IMG/VR virus record: IMGVR_UViG_3300029469_000004
Coordinates: 1-30,935 of that record
Reading direction: 5' to 3' (one strand)
From: a virus
DNA length: 30,935 nt
Shown here: positions 18,042 through 24,689 of the stretch, piece by piece
Position numbering within the stretch: the stretch's first letter is position 1
Layout of the letters: each line of letters opens with the position of its first letter
Translations under genes and position numbers: made by a program
Notes under the pieces: model-generated
Databases searched by the model: none
The model's input: the letters and a program-made list of their open reading frames with translations, nothing else
Told to the model about the DNA's origin: nothing

Positions 18042-18409
18042 TTTTCACTCTCCTTACCTGTTTTATTTTGATTTTCAAAGTAAAATTCAATTGGATTGTC
18101 CGTCTTTTTAATCAATCCGTACTTTACAGCTAATCGAAAAATAAAGACCTTTTCGAGCCTCGAAAGCAACTTTCCTAATTCTTTTTTAAAATCTTCGACT
18201 GTCCTTGTCGATTTGTAAAAATTGCACATTCGACAAGCAGGATTGTAGTTTTCGATATCATTTTCGCCTTTATACCAATAAACACTAACAATATGATCGA
18301 CTTGCATATCCTTTAGTTCAAGTTTACAACCACAATATGCACAATGGCCGTTGTATTTATCATAAACTTTAAGCCTTATGGACTTAGATATATTTTTTCT
18401 GGTTGCCAA
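18038..18409 (-). CDS. HNH endonuclease (free-standing, early region)
   Basis: GHCAYCGCKL..DHIVS..NYNPACRMCNFYK. Confidence 0.8.
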   Translation of the reverse strand: MATRKNISKSIRLKVYDKYNGHCAYCGCKLELKDMQVDHIVSVYWYKGENDIENYNPACRMCNFYKSTRTVEDFKKELGKLLSRLEKVFIFRLAVKYGLIKKTDNPIEFYFENQNKTGKESEK

Positions 18410-18431
18410 TCTATATCACCTCAATTCTATA

Positions 18432-18602
18432 TTAATCGTACAAACCGAGCGGTTTAATTTTTCTTGCGGCGATTTGCGCTACAAACTCTCCGTAGCTGTA
18501 GTTTGTGCCGTGTTTTTTATTGTAGTCAGTACAATAAAGACACATTCGGTCCAATCGGTCAAGTTTCTTCTTTCTGCCTCGTTTCTTTTTTTCTTCACTC
18601 AT
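18432..18602 (-). CDS. Small basic hypothetical protein (56 aa, below the ORF-track cutoff)
   Basis: My translation is MSEEKKKRGRKKKLDRLDRMCLYCTDYNKKHGTNYSYGEFVAQIAARKIKPLGLYD*. It fills the 18410-18594 gap, and its ATG overlaps the VRR-NUC stop. Confidence 0.55.
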   Translation of the reverse strand: MSEEKKKRGRKKKLDRLDRMCLYCTDYNKKHGTNYSYGEFVAQIAARKIKPLGLYD

Positions 18603-18972
18603 TTATATCACCTAATTTCAAATACTTTAATATTTTTTTGCTCGCTTCTTCGCAACCATAACATACAGCGACCGCGTAGCCTTGTTCATTAAGGCTTTTA
18701 AGCCATTCGGTTTGTTTTTCGGTTGGCTTGTTTTTACCGTATTTTAATTCGATAAACAATCCGTGATAGCCTCCACGGCTGACAGGCAGAAACAAGTCAG
18801 GCACACCTGCTTTCACTCCCTGCCTTTTTAGGTTGGCCGCTTCAAGTTTATTTCGACTGCCACCGTTTGGAATGTGAAACATCAAATCAACTTCTGGATA
18901 TTCTGTTCTGATGAAAGTTGTCCACTGAAATAACTTCCGCTGTTGGTCAGCCTCATACTGTTTCATCGGCAT
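18595..18972 (-). CDS. VRR-NUC domain nuclease
   Basis: GVPDLFLPV...GLFIELKYGKNKPTEKQTEWL (D..ExK-type motif pattern). Confidence 0.8.
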   Translation of the reverse strand: MPMKQYEADQQRKLFQWTTFIRTEYPEVDLMFHIPNGGSRNKLEAANLKRQGVKAGVPDLFLPVSRGGYHGLFIELKYGKNKPTEKQTEWLKSLNEQGYAVAVCYGCEEASKKILKYLKLGDINE

Positions 18973-19522
18973 TCCCTTTCTTGTTCTTTAAAATGATTTC
19001 GCTTTCAAAATACAATGACCGCAACTGTTTTACAAAGTCATCGTCAACTATTTCGTATGCGCAAATAAAACCGTATGCAACCATTCCAAACTTAACAGCA
19101 AAGTAAGGTGTTCCTTTAATGTCTTTTCGTAATGTAAGCACCATTGTTTCATTTGGTGTGTCCGTGAAAGGGTTGAGATATGTGCGGTCAATAAACATCA
19201 AGCCTTCTTCCGTGCTTATCGGTAGCATTACTTTTCCGTCATATACAATGCTTATATCCCACATTTCGGCAACTGATTCGTTCTGAGTGCAATCTTCCAC
19301 ATTAATTAACGGTTTGCTTTGGCTGATCGTAAAGCTAATCTTATCTCTCTGTGCATCGTTAATGTCATAGAGTTTGCATATGTAATCCTCGTTGAGCCGT
19401 GGCAGACCAAAGATAGGATAAACTGCATATCCGTCTGACAACCATTGCTCGCCGACATCATTACAAAAGATTGAAATGTTTTTATTTTTCTTGCATATGT
19501 CAAATGCTTTTTTTATTTTCAT
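18953..19522 (-). CDS. Hypothetical protein
   Basis: 189-aa ORF, no recognised motif. Confidence 0.7.
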   Translation of the reverse strand: MKIKKAFDICKKNKNISIFCNDVGEQWLSDGYAVYPIFGLPRLNEDYICKLYDINDAQRDKISFTISQSKPLINVEDCTQNESVAEMWDISIVYDGKVMLPISTEEGLMFIDRTYLNPFTDTPNETMVLTLRKDIKGTPYFAVKFGMVAYGFICAYEIVDDDFVKQLRSLYFESEIILKNKKGNADETV

Positions 19523-19526
19523 TGTT

Positions 19527-19757
19527 TCACCTCTTCATTGCGTTGTATATTTCGGGTTCTAAATCAAATGTTCTTCCGATATATCTAACTTCGTCGAAAT
19601 TAAAAAACTGATTATATCCATTTTTATTAACTTTGATAACATTGTTGTTTATTGCATAATCAGAAACATCATCAATATATATGCTTGAACCGTCTTTAAA
19701 TTTTATTGTGATTGTGTTTACATACATCTTTTCGCCTAATGCGGAACATCTGCACAT
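19527..19757 (-). CDS. Small hypothetical protein (start uncertain: ATG at 19757 or 19727)
   Basis: The first ATG lies inside hairpin H1, with GGAG only 1 nt upstream. The internal ATG at 19727 gives MYVNTITIKF... Confidence 0.6.
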   Translation of the reverse strand: MCRCSALGEKMYVNTITIKFKDGSSIYIDDVSDYAINNNVIKVNKNGYNQFFNFDEVRYIGRTFDLEPEIYNAMKR

Positions 19758-19955
19758 GCTCCGCTTTTACAATGTCAGAATTTATTTAAAGAGGAGTAAA
19801 ATGAGGGTTATATAACGAGCTGTGCAGAGCTTGTTATCTATTGGCTTTTTTCGGGCATCTGCACCTGCCCGAATCGGTAATATTACTGAAAGAAAGGTAT
19901 GTATATAATTTATCAAAAGAGGGAATCTATAATCTCGCTGTGCAGAGCGTGATTA
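19741..19955. repeat. Array of four hairpins with invariant TCTGCAC loop motif and non-homologous stems
   Basis: H1 19741-19764 GCGGAACA|TCTGCACA|TGCTCCGC. H2 19812-19837 ATAACGAGC|TGTGCAGA|GCTTGTTAT. H3 19850-19873 TTCGGGCA|TCTGCACC|TGCCCGAA. H4 19930-19955 TAATCTCGC|TGTGCAGA|GCGTGATTA. Confidence 0.85.
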
Positions 19956-19976
19956 ACTTATTAAATTTGCCGCCAC

Positions 19977-20010
19977 AAGAACATTTTGCGGACGTCAGCA
20001 AAATGTTCTT
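19977..20010. other. Perfect 13-bp stem-loop abutting the ParB-like stop codon
   Basis: AAGAACATTTTGC-GGACGTCA-GCAAAATGTTCTT. The plus orientation is followed by TTAATT; the minus orientation has no U-tract. Confidence 0.6.
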
Positions 20011-21339
20011 TTAATTAACTTCGCCTGTTGTAAAAATTGGGTGTGTGCCATCACGGAGTTGAATCTCCTCGTCACTCATCACATAGCCGAGTTTGCAAAG
20101 CAAGGAATAAAATCTGTTTAAGTCAGGGCTGTTTTTTCGGCTGATAGTTTTATCCAAATAATTTACACTGATATAACCGAACGAACTGCAATTCAGCTGA
20201 CACAAAGCGTATGCCGCCGCCATTAACATTCTACCGCTGTCATTGTTCCAATGTTCGCTGATGTAGCTGTCTATGCTTTCATCGTCTTGACTCTCGGTCA
20301 CTTCGCTAAATTTGTATGCCTTGCTACTGGCGCCCATCGCCACTTGGATGACTATAAATTTCACAAGCTCCTGCTTCTTTTTACTGTCGTTAAAATTTGC
20401 ATCAAGCATAAAGCCTATTCTGAGAGCCTCACAGCGTTCGTCTATTTCTTCCGCCTGTTCAACAAGCTCGTCCCATCTCTGCTCTTCAAGCTTTCGCTTT
20501 TCTTCTTCGGGATCATTCTTTTCCTGCTTTTCAAATGCTTCTGCGTAAATGTAGATGTTTGAGCCGTAGTAAGCAAAATAAAAACATCTTTTCCTGCCGT
20601 CCGCAAAATCTTTACCGATCAAATCTTTGAGAGCGAATACTCCCGTATATTCGTAGTTACTTGGAATTTCGTCATATTTCTGTACTTTAGTCATTCCTTG
20701 TTCAAGACAGAGCTTTTCAATTTTTTCTTTCTCTTCCTCTGTTTCCTGTTTTTTTACAGCAGAATACAAAAGATTGTCAAAATTATTTGTACCGATTGAT
20801 TCGAGCAGTTTATTTCTCGTTTCAATGTCCTTAATCTGATTCAATCGGTCATAGTCTGCAAGGGTAGGCTGTCGGATCTGACTTTCCTTGAAAGCTTCTT
20901 CGTCAAGCTCGCAGAGCTTTACTCTTCTTCTGATTTTGCTTTCGGAAAATCCTGTTTTCTCTGCAACCTCTGCGACCGTATCACCGAGGTCAAGCAACAG
21001 CTGACAGCCCTTAGCCTCTTCGTATACGGTCAAGTCTGACCGTTGCATGTTTTCGGTAAGCATTGTCGAAAGCTGTTCTTTCTCACTCATTTCGACAATT
21101 GCACACGGCAGTTCCGTCAAACCTGCCTGCTTTGCGGCCGCAAGCCTGCGATGCCCGATGATAACGGTAAAATCATCCCAGTTATCATTGTTTGGCACTA
21201 CGGTCAAATTCTGCAAGATACCGTTTGCTTTGATAGATTCCGCAAGCTCCGTCACATCGCCTATAACCTTTCGAGGGTTCTGTGGATGTGGGTGCAGTTT
21301 TTCAACCTGTATCATTTGTAATTTAGATTTCTTGTTCAT
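20011..21339 (-). CDS. ParB/Srx-like N-terminal domain protein with HTH and long unknown C-terminal region
   Basis: KLHPHPQNPRK, GILQNLTVVP, IIGHRRLAAAKQAG, and the HTH VAEKTGFSESKIRRRV. I prefer the ATG at 21339, 9 nt after AAGGAG, to the GTG at 21363 in the track. Confidence 0.8.
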   Translation of the reverse strand: MNKKSKLQMIQVEKLHPHPQNPRKVIGDVTELAESIKANGILQNLTVVPNNDNWDDFTVIIGHRRLAAAKQAGLTELPCAIVEMSEKEQLSTMLTENMQRSDLTVYEEAKGCQLLLDLGDTVAEVAEKTGFSESKIRRRVKLCELDEEAFKESQIRQPTLADYDRLNQIKDIETRNKLLESIGTNNFDNLLYSAVKKQETEEEKEKIEKLCLEQGMTKVQKYDEIPSNYEYTGVFALKDLIGKDFADGRKRCFYFAYYGSNIYIYAEAFEKQEKNDPEEEKRKLEEQRWDELVEQAEEIDERCEALRIGFMLDANFNDSKKKQELVKFIVIQVAMGASSKAYKFSEVTESQDDESIDSYISEHWNNDSGRMLMAAAYALCQLNCSSFGYISVNYLDKTISRKNSPDLNRFYSLLCKLGYVMSDEEIQLRDGTHPIFTTGEVN

Positions 21340-21352
21340 TTTTATAATCTCC

Positions 21353-21381
21353 TTGATTTTCACAAGGTCATCTGATATAAT
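21353..21381 (+). promoter_or_regulatory. Plus-strand sigma-70-type promoter with extended -10
   Basis: TTGATT (21353-58), 17-nt spacer, TGA-TATAAT (TG 21373-74, TATAAT 21376-81). Confidence 0.45.
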
Positions 21382-21387
21382 AATGTT

Positions 21388-21475
21388 AAACTGTATTTAT
21401 ACATTGCAGATAGCCTTGTGTTATTTGCTGACCGTTGATTGCTTGCACTACAATCAACGGTCTTTTTCTTTTGTG
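21388..21475 (+). ncRNA. Candidate ~85-nt cis-antisense sRNA (promoter plus terminator, no ORF)
   Basis: It is bounded by the promoter above and the terminator at 21430-21475. It is antisense to the 3' end of gene 21454..21669 and to the ParB-like 5' leader. Confidence 0.3.
21430..21475 (+). terminator. Plus-strand intrinsic terminator
   Basis: Perfect 12-bp stem GACCGTTGATTG / CAATCAACGGTC, loop CTTGCACTA, then TTTTTCTTTTGTG. The minus orientation lacks a U-tract. Confidence 0.65.
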
Positions 21476-21669
21476 TTTAAAATATAATCAATCATATGCA
21501 AACACGCTTTAATATTTACAGCCGATGGATTTAATAAGCATTCACGCATATCTTTGAGTATATGCGGTATGTTGTCAATAAAATCAATTGTGTATCCTGT
21601 ATTTTCATAATCGTAAAGTTTGCGAATACAGCCATAGAACTCGTTTGGTACATCTTTGTAGTCGTGCAT
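21454..21669 (-). CDS. Hypothetical protein
   Basis: 71-aa ORF with protein-like composition. Confidence 0.6.
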   Translation of the reverse strand: MHDYKDVPNEFYGCIRKLYDYENTGYTIDFIDNIPHILKDMRECLLNPSAVNIKACLHMIDYILNTKEKDR

Positions 21670-21733
21670 TTTTCCGTAGATGTCCTTGACTTTGATTTCG
21701 CTGTCTTGATTTAAAGTTAAATCTTTTCATCGT

Positions 21734-21982
21734 TTACACCTCTTTGCTGATAAAATCTGTAGCACGATACAATGTCACGCAATCGCCGTCAAGGTCATCA
21801 TCGTAATACTGCGCTGTCTCATCGCTCATTGCTTTGACAATCACAGCGTAGTAATCTTCTTCCCATTCTTTCGCCGCTTCAATTATTTCATCAAGTGAAA
21901 ACTTGCCTTTGGCTTTTCTGATTTTCAGACACCAGCGCCCCGAAGCATCGGATCCGCTTTCAATTGTTGTCCCTTTTTTCAT
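21734..21982 (-). CDS. Hypothetical acidic protein
   Basis: Trimmed to the ATG at 21982 (MKKGTTIES..), which gives an ATGA overlap with the upstream stop. Confidence 0.65.
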   Translation of the reverse strand: MKKGTTIESGSDASGRWCLKIRKAKGKFSLDEIIEAAKEWEEDYYAVIVKAMSDETAQYYDDDLDGDCVTLYRATDFISKEV

Positions 21983-22239
21983 TTGCCGACACCCACACAT
22001 TCAAAACCATATGTTTCTGCCTTTGCTGATTCATACATTGAAAGTTTTTCGCAGAGTTTAGTGTTCTCGTTCTTATAACCTCCTAATGCATATCGAGCGT
22101 TTGTGTAATTTTCTTCGGTTTGGGATTTATCAAGGCGAGCTTTTTTTAACTCATTTTTGAGATTTTTGTTTTCTTCTCTTAACTCCTTAACATCTTTGAG
22201 CAGTTTTCTGCGTGTCGGGTAGTTTCTTAAATGCCACAT
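21979..22239 (-). CDS. Hypothetical coiled-coil protein
   Basis: 86 aa, KELREENKNLKNELKKARLDK. Confidence 0.65.
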   Translation of the reverse strand: MWHLRNYPTRRKLLKDVKELREENKNLKNELKKARLDKSQTEENYTNARYALGGYKNENTKLCEKLSMYESAKAETYGFECVGVGK

Positions 22240-22255
22240 TCGTTATAAAGTCCTT

Positions 22256-22444
22256 TCATTTATTTAGTTTTCGACATCTCGCATGGATGTTGATTTTATG
22301 ACAAATGTAATTAAAAAAGTCATAATTTTTAGAGCGTTCGGCTCGGCGGTTGTCGCACTTTGATTTGTACTCGAGGTATCTTTCACAATCTGTATGACAT
22401 CTTGTCGTCCGTATCTGACAGCCGTAGCACGGCGAATTTATCAT
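22256..22444 (-). CDS. Small Cys-rich hypothetical protein
   Basis: 62 aa, CYGCQ..CHTDC... Confidence 0.6.
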   Translation of the reverse strand: MINSPCYGCQIRTTRCHTDCERYLEYKSKCDNRRAERSKNYDFFNYICHKINIHARCRKLNK

Positions 22445-22446
22445 TT

Positions 22447-22737
22447 TTACGCCGTCCTTTCGTTGATTGTATTTCCGCTGCCGATCAATTTGTTGAGCAG
22501 TGTAGTCAGTAAGGATATATCTGCACCGCTTGCATAGGTCTTGAGCCGGTCAATCGGTATGTTGTAGCTCCAACGCCCTTTGTCGCTCTGTACGGCTGAG
22601 CCAATGGGCAGGGTTTGTTTTTTTAGGCCCTCATAAACATAATTGAGAGCAACTCCGAGATATTCAGCCGCCACAGTCGGCGGTACATCTCTGTACTCCT
22701 GATTTGTTTTAGGGTTGATTAGGATTTTTTCATTCAC
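22447..22737 (-). CDS. Excisionase-family (MerR-like HTH_17-type) DNA-binding protein, candidate Xis
   Basis: TVAAEYLGVALNYVYEGLKKQTLPIGSAVQSDKGRWSYNIPIDRLKTY matches the Xis-type pattern (EYLGV..LP..G.RW.I....L..Y). GTG start with SD GAGGTGA 7 nt upstream. Confidence 0.55.
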   Translation of the reverse strand: MNEKILINPKTNQEYRDVPPTVAAEYLGVALNYVYEGLKKQTLPIGSAVQSDKGRWSYNIPIDRLKTYASGADISLLTTLLNKLIGSGNTINERTA

Positions 22738-23127
22738 TTAATAATCACCTCTTACTAAGTTCGGGTTATCGTATATGTTTCCGATAACTTCAATATCTTC
22801 GGGATAATAATGTTTTCCGAGGCTTTTATAGATATTGTCGTACTCAATCCCAAATTCAGTTTCGTTTGCATCGTACTTTACAATCCCATAGCCGTCACCG
22901 TCTAAGCGGTCAGAAAAATCAATGATATCTCCCTCAAAAATTTTTTTGCCGTTCTTATCTTTCATTCCTGTGTACTGACCAACCGTTTCGGGGTTGACCG
23001 CACCGTAGCTACCTAACACCGTTGCATCGGGTGTTATGCAGCAACCTTGTTTAGTCACAAGCAAATTGCCCTCTGACCACTTACCGTTAGCTATCATCTT
23101 GCCACGAAATAAATATTCTCTCATCAT
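22738..23127 (-). CDS. YopX family protein
   Basis: EYLFRGK..GKW.EGNLL...GQYTGMKDKNGKKIFEGDII...IEVIGNIYDNPNL. Confidence 0.85.
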   Translation of the reverse strand: MMREYLFRGKMIANGKWSEGNLLVTKQGCCITPDATVLGSYGAVNPETVGQYTGMKDKNGKKIFEGDIIDFSDRLDGDGYGIVKYDANETEFGIEYDNIYKSLGKHYYPEDIEVIGNIYDNPNLVRGDY

Positions 23128-23546
23128 TTTTCACTCTCCTCAACAGGCTGATTCCAACACTTAACGCAGTTATGGTCTTTTCTGCAATCCTCTCTGCTCA
23201 TCAGCCCTAAATGATATGGACATATACATTTAGGTATTCCGAGTGATATTACCCCTGCATCCAATTGAGAGTACAACAATACTGTCTTAAGCTGAGCGTT
23301 GGGATAATTTTCCAAGAACTCACTTAAATAAGTCGTCTGCGGATGTTCATCCGACCATTTTTGTACAATTGCAATTGCCTTTTCAGGGTGCCTTAATTCT
23401 AATTCAGTGCAAAGCATTTCTTCGTCATTATTAAATCTGCTCAATGGGCAATGATTACACGAAATACGACACACACCAGCATTACTTGATTTTGTCATCC
23501 GAGCTTGTTCACTCAAATAGTTTTTAGTGATATTACAATCAATCAT
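23124..23546 (-). CDS. Cys-rich hypothetical protein
   Basis: Trimmed to the ATG at 23546 (MIDCNITKNY..), 9 nt after AAAGGA. Multiple CxxC-like pairs. Confidence 0.65.
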   Translation of the reverse strand: MIDCNITKNYLSEQARMTKSSNAGVCRISCNHCPLSRFNNDEEMLCTELELRHPEKAIAIVQKWSDEHPQTTYLSEFLENYPNAQLKTVLLYSQLDAGVISLGIPKCICPYHLGLMSREDCRKDHNCVKCWNQPVEESEK

Positions 23547-23659
23547 TTTTGTCATTCCTTTCTGAGGTAATAAGTTAAGCAGACTGCTTAAAAAACTGCC
23601 TTGGATCAACATCAAGCACCCGACATATTCCCAAAAACTCTTCTGCTGTAACCTTCTTG

Positions 23660-23688
23660 TTGTGTTTTTCTCCTTAAAATGCTAAAAT
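23660..23688 (+). promoter_or_regulatory. Candidate promoter of the plus-strand DUF2513-like gene
   Basis: TTGTGT (23660-65), 17-nt spacer, TGc-TAAAAT (23680-88). Confidence 0.45.
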
Positions 23689-23711
23689 CAAATTGTAAGG
23701 AGGTGATGCTT

Positions 23712-24101
23712 ATGCGTTTAAATAACGACTGTGTTCGTGATATTCTTTTGAGTGTAGAAGAAGTGTGTGACTTCAACGAATCCTTTCGATACAGTAAATT
23801 CAGCAACGATTTTGAAAGGCTTCAACCATACTCTCATGACGAAATTATCTACCACATTAAACAATGCAAACTTGCAGGTTTAATTACTTCAATGTTCGCT
23901 ACTGACGGTGGCGACTATTTAGAAGTAGGTGATTTAACTCCCGAAGGTCACAAGTTTTTAGCAAATATTCGTAACGATGATATATGGAATAAAGTTAAGA
24001 AGATTGCCGGAACCGTGGGAAGTCACTCGCTTTCTGCAATAACACAAATATCAGCGAATGTTGTTACTCAGCTTATAAAAGCTCAATTTGGAATTACTTA
24101 A
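23712..24101 (+). CDS. DUF2513-like (winged-helix-type) protein, oriented against the early operon
   Basis: MRLNNDCVRDILLSVEE...YSHDEIIYHIKQCKLAGLI...LTPEGHKFLANIR resembles DUF2513-family proteins as I remember them. ATG at 23712, 8 nt after AAGGAGG. Confidence 0.6.
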   Translation: MRLNNDCVRDILLSVEEVCDFNESFRYSKFSNDFERLQPYSHDEIIYHIKQCKLAGLITSMFATDGGDYLEVGDLTPEGHKFLANIRNDDIWNKVKKIAGTVGSHSLSAITQISANVVTQLIKAQFGIT

Positions 24102-24282
24102 ATCTTATTGTCTTGCCGGCGGCTTCTTTGAAGCAGTCGGCAAGTTCTTTGTCTGTGGGTATCCTAAAATTTTTCGTACAATAAACCACCATTGCTCTTG
24201 TAGCGATTTTCCATTTTACAGCTTTTATAATCGCCACTACTGCTACTACGGTAGCGACTACCGCATATATGGTTAGTGCCAT
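24094..24282 (-). CDS. Small single-pass membrane protein
   Basis: MALTIYAVVATVVAVVAIIKAV is a TM helix. ATG at 24282 follows AAAGGA. The 3' end overlaps the convergent gene by 8 nt. Confidence 0.6.
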   Translation of the reverse strand: MALTIYAVVATVVAVVAIIKAVKWKIATRAMVVYCTKNFRIPTDKELADCFKEAAGKTIRFK

Positions 24283-24299
24283 TTTTATCATTCCTTTCG

Positions 24300-24545
24300 T
24301 TAAGCTGTTTTTGTGTGTTCCGAAAAATCAAAAAGCCAAGCAAGATCATATCTTTTAAAAAATATGTTTTTAATCATTACCGCCTCAATCAAAGTAAAGC
24401 CAACCTGATAAACAGCTTTGCTTGAAGATGTTTCGCCCTCAAGTTTTGCAGTTACGGTGTTGAAATGTAGTCCAAGCAGATTTGCAATATCTGTTTTAGT
24501 TACACCTTCATCTTTCATTGCTTTCACCAAATTAGGATATAACAT
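24300..24545 (-). CDS. Cro-like HTH regulator
   Basis: 81 aa, VTKTDIANLLGLHFNTVTAKLEG....FTLIEAVMI; divergent from the cI-like gene. Confidence 0.7.
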   Translation of the reverse strand: MLYPNLVKAMKDEGVTKTDIANLLGLHFNTVTAKLEGETSSSKAVYQVGFTLIEAVMIKNIFFKRYDLAWLFDFSEHTKTA

Positions 24546-24560
24546 AGTTTTTCACCTCCA

Positions 24561-24580
24561 ATCTACCTTATTTAGTAGAT
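24561..24580. promoter_or_regulatory. Operator O1: ATCTAC-N8-GTAGAT
   Basis: Perfect inverted hexamers (7-bp arms AATCTAC/GTAGATT) just downstream of the Cro-side -10. Confidence 0.55.
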
Positions 24581-24589
24581 TACAGCATT

Positions 24590-24618
24590 ATAATATACCT
24601 TTTGCGGTGGATTGTCAA
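24590..24618 (-). promoter_or_regulatory. Candidate early (Cro-side) promoter
   Basis: The minus strand reads TTGACA (24618-13), 17-nt spacer, TATTAT (24595-90). Confidence 0.55.
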
Positions 24619-24634
24619 CACTTTTTTAAAAATA

Positions 24635-24654
24635 ATTTACTAAAAAAGGTAGAT
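24635..24654. promoter_or_regulatory. Operator O2: ATTTAC-N8-GTAGAT
   Basis: Same architecture as O1 with 11 of 12 half-site matches. Confidence 0.45.
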
Positions 24655-24660
24655 TTGTTA

Positions 24661-24689
24661 TTGACATCTACAAAATTTTGTAATATACT
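24661..24689 (+). promoter_or_regulatory. Candidate repressor (cI-side) promoter
   Basis: TTGACA (24661-66), 17-nt spacer, TATACT (24684-89). Confidence 0.65.
24666..24685. promoter_or_regulatory. Operator O3: ATCTAC-N8-GTAATA, containing the perfect palindrome TACAAAATTTTGTA
   Basis: It overlaps the -35/spacer/-10 of the cI-side promoter. The 14-bp palindrome is at 24669-24682. Confidence 0.5.

Noticed and set aside
19788-19815. The strong plus-strand SD AAAGAGGAG followed by ATG at 19801 in the hairpin region
   Set aside because: The ORF is only 4 codons (MRVI-stop). The related AAAGAGG at 19916 has no start codon at a usable distance. The element is more likely part of the repeat unit than a gene.
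21605-21730. A 41-aa ORF (MKRFNFKSRQRNQSQGHLRKNARLQRCTKRVLWLYSQTLRL) with a strong SD (GAGGTG plus 6 nt) that overlaps the start of gene 21454..21669 out of frame
   Set aside because: The composition is extremely basic and frame-junk-like, and the overlapped 71-aa ORF looks like a real protein. The good SD still leaves open a short coupling or leader peptide, so this is a weak rejection.
23612-23806. A 64-aa minus-strand ORF across the DUF2513-like promoter and start
   Set aside because: It has no SD and a junk-like composition. The plus-strand gene has a strong SD and a recognisable family pattern.
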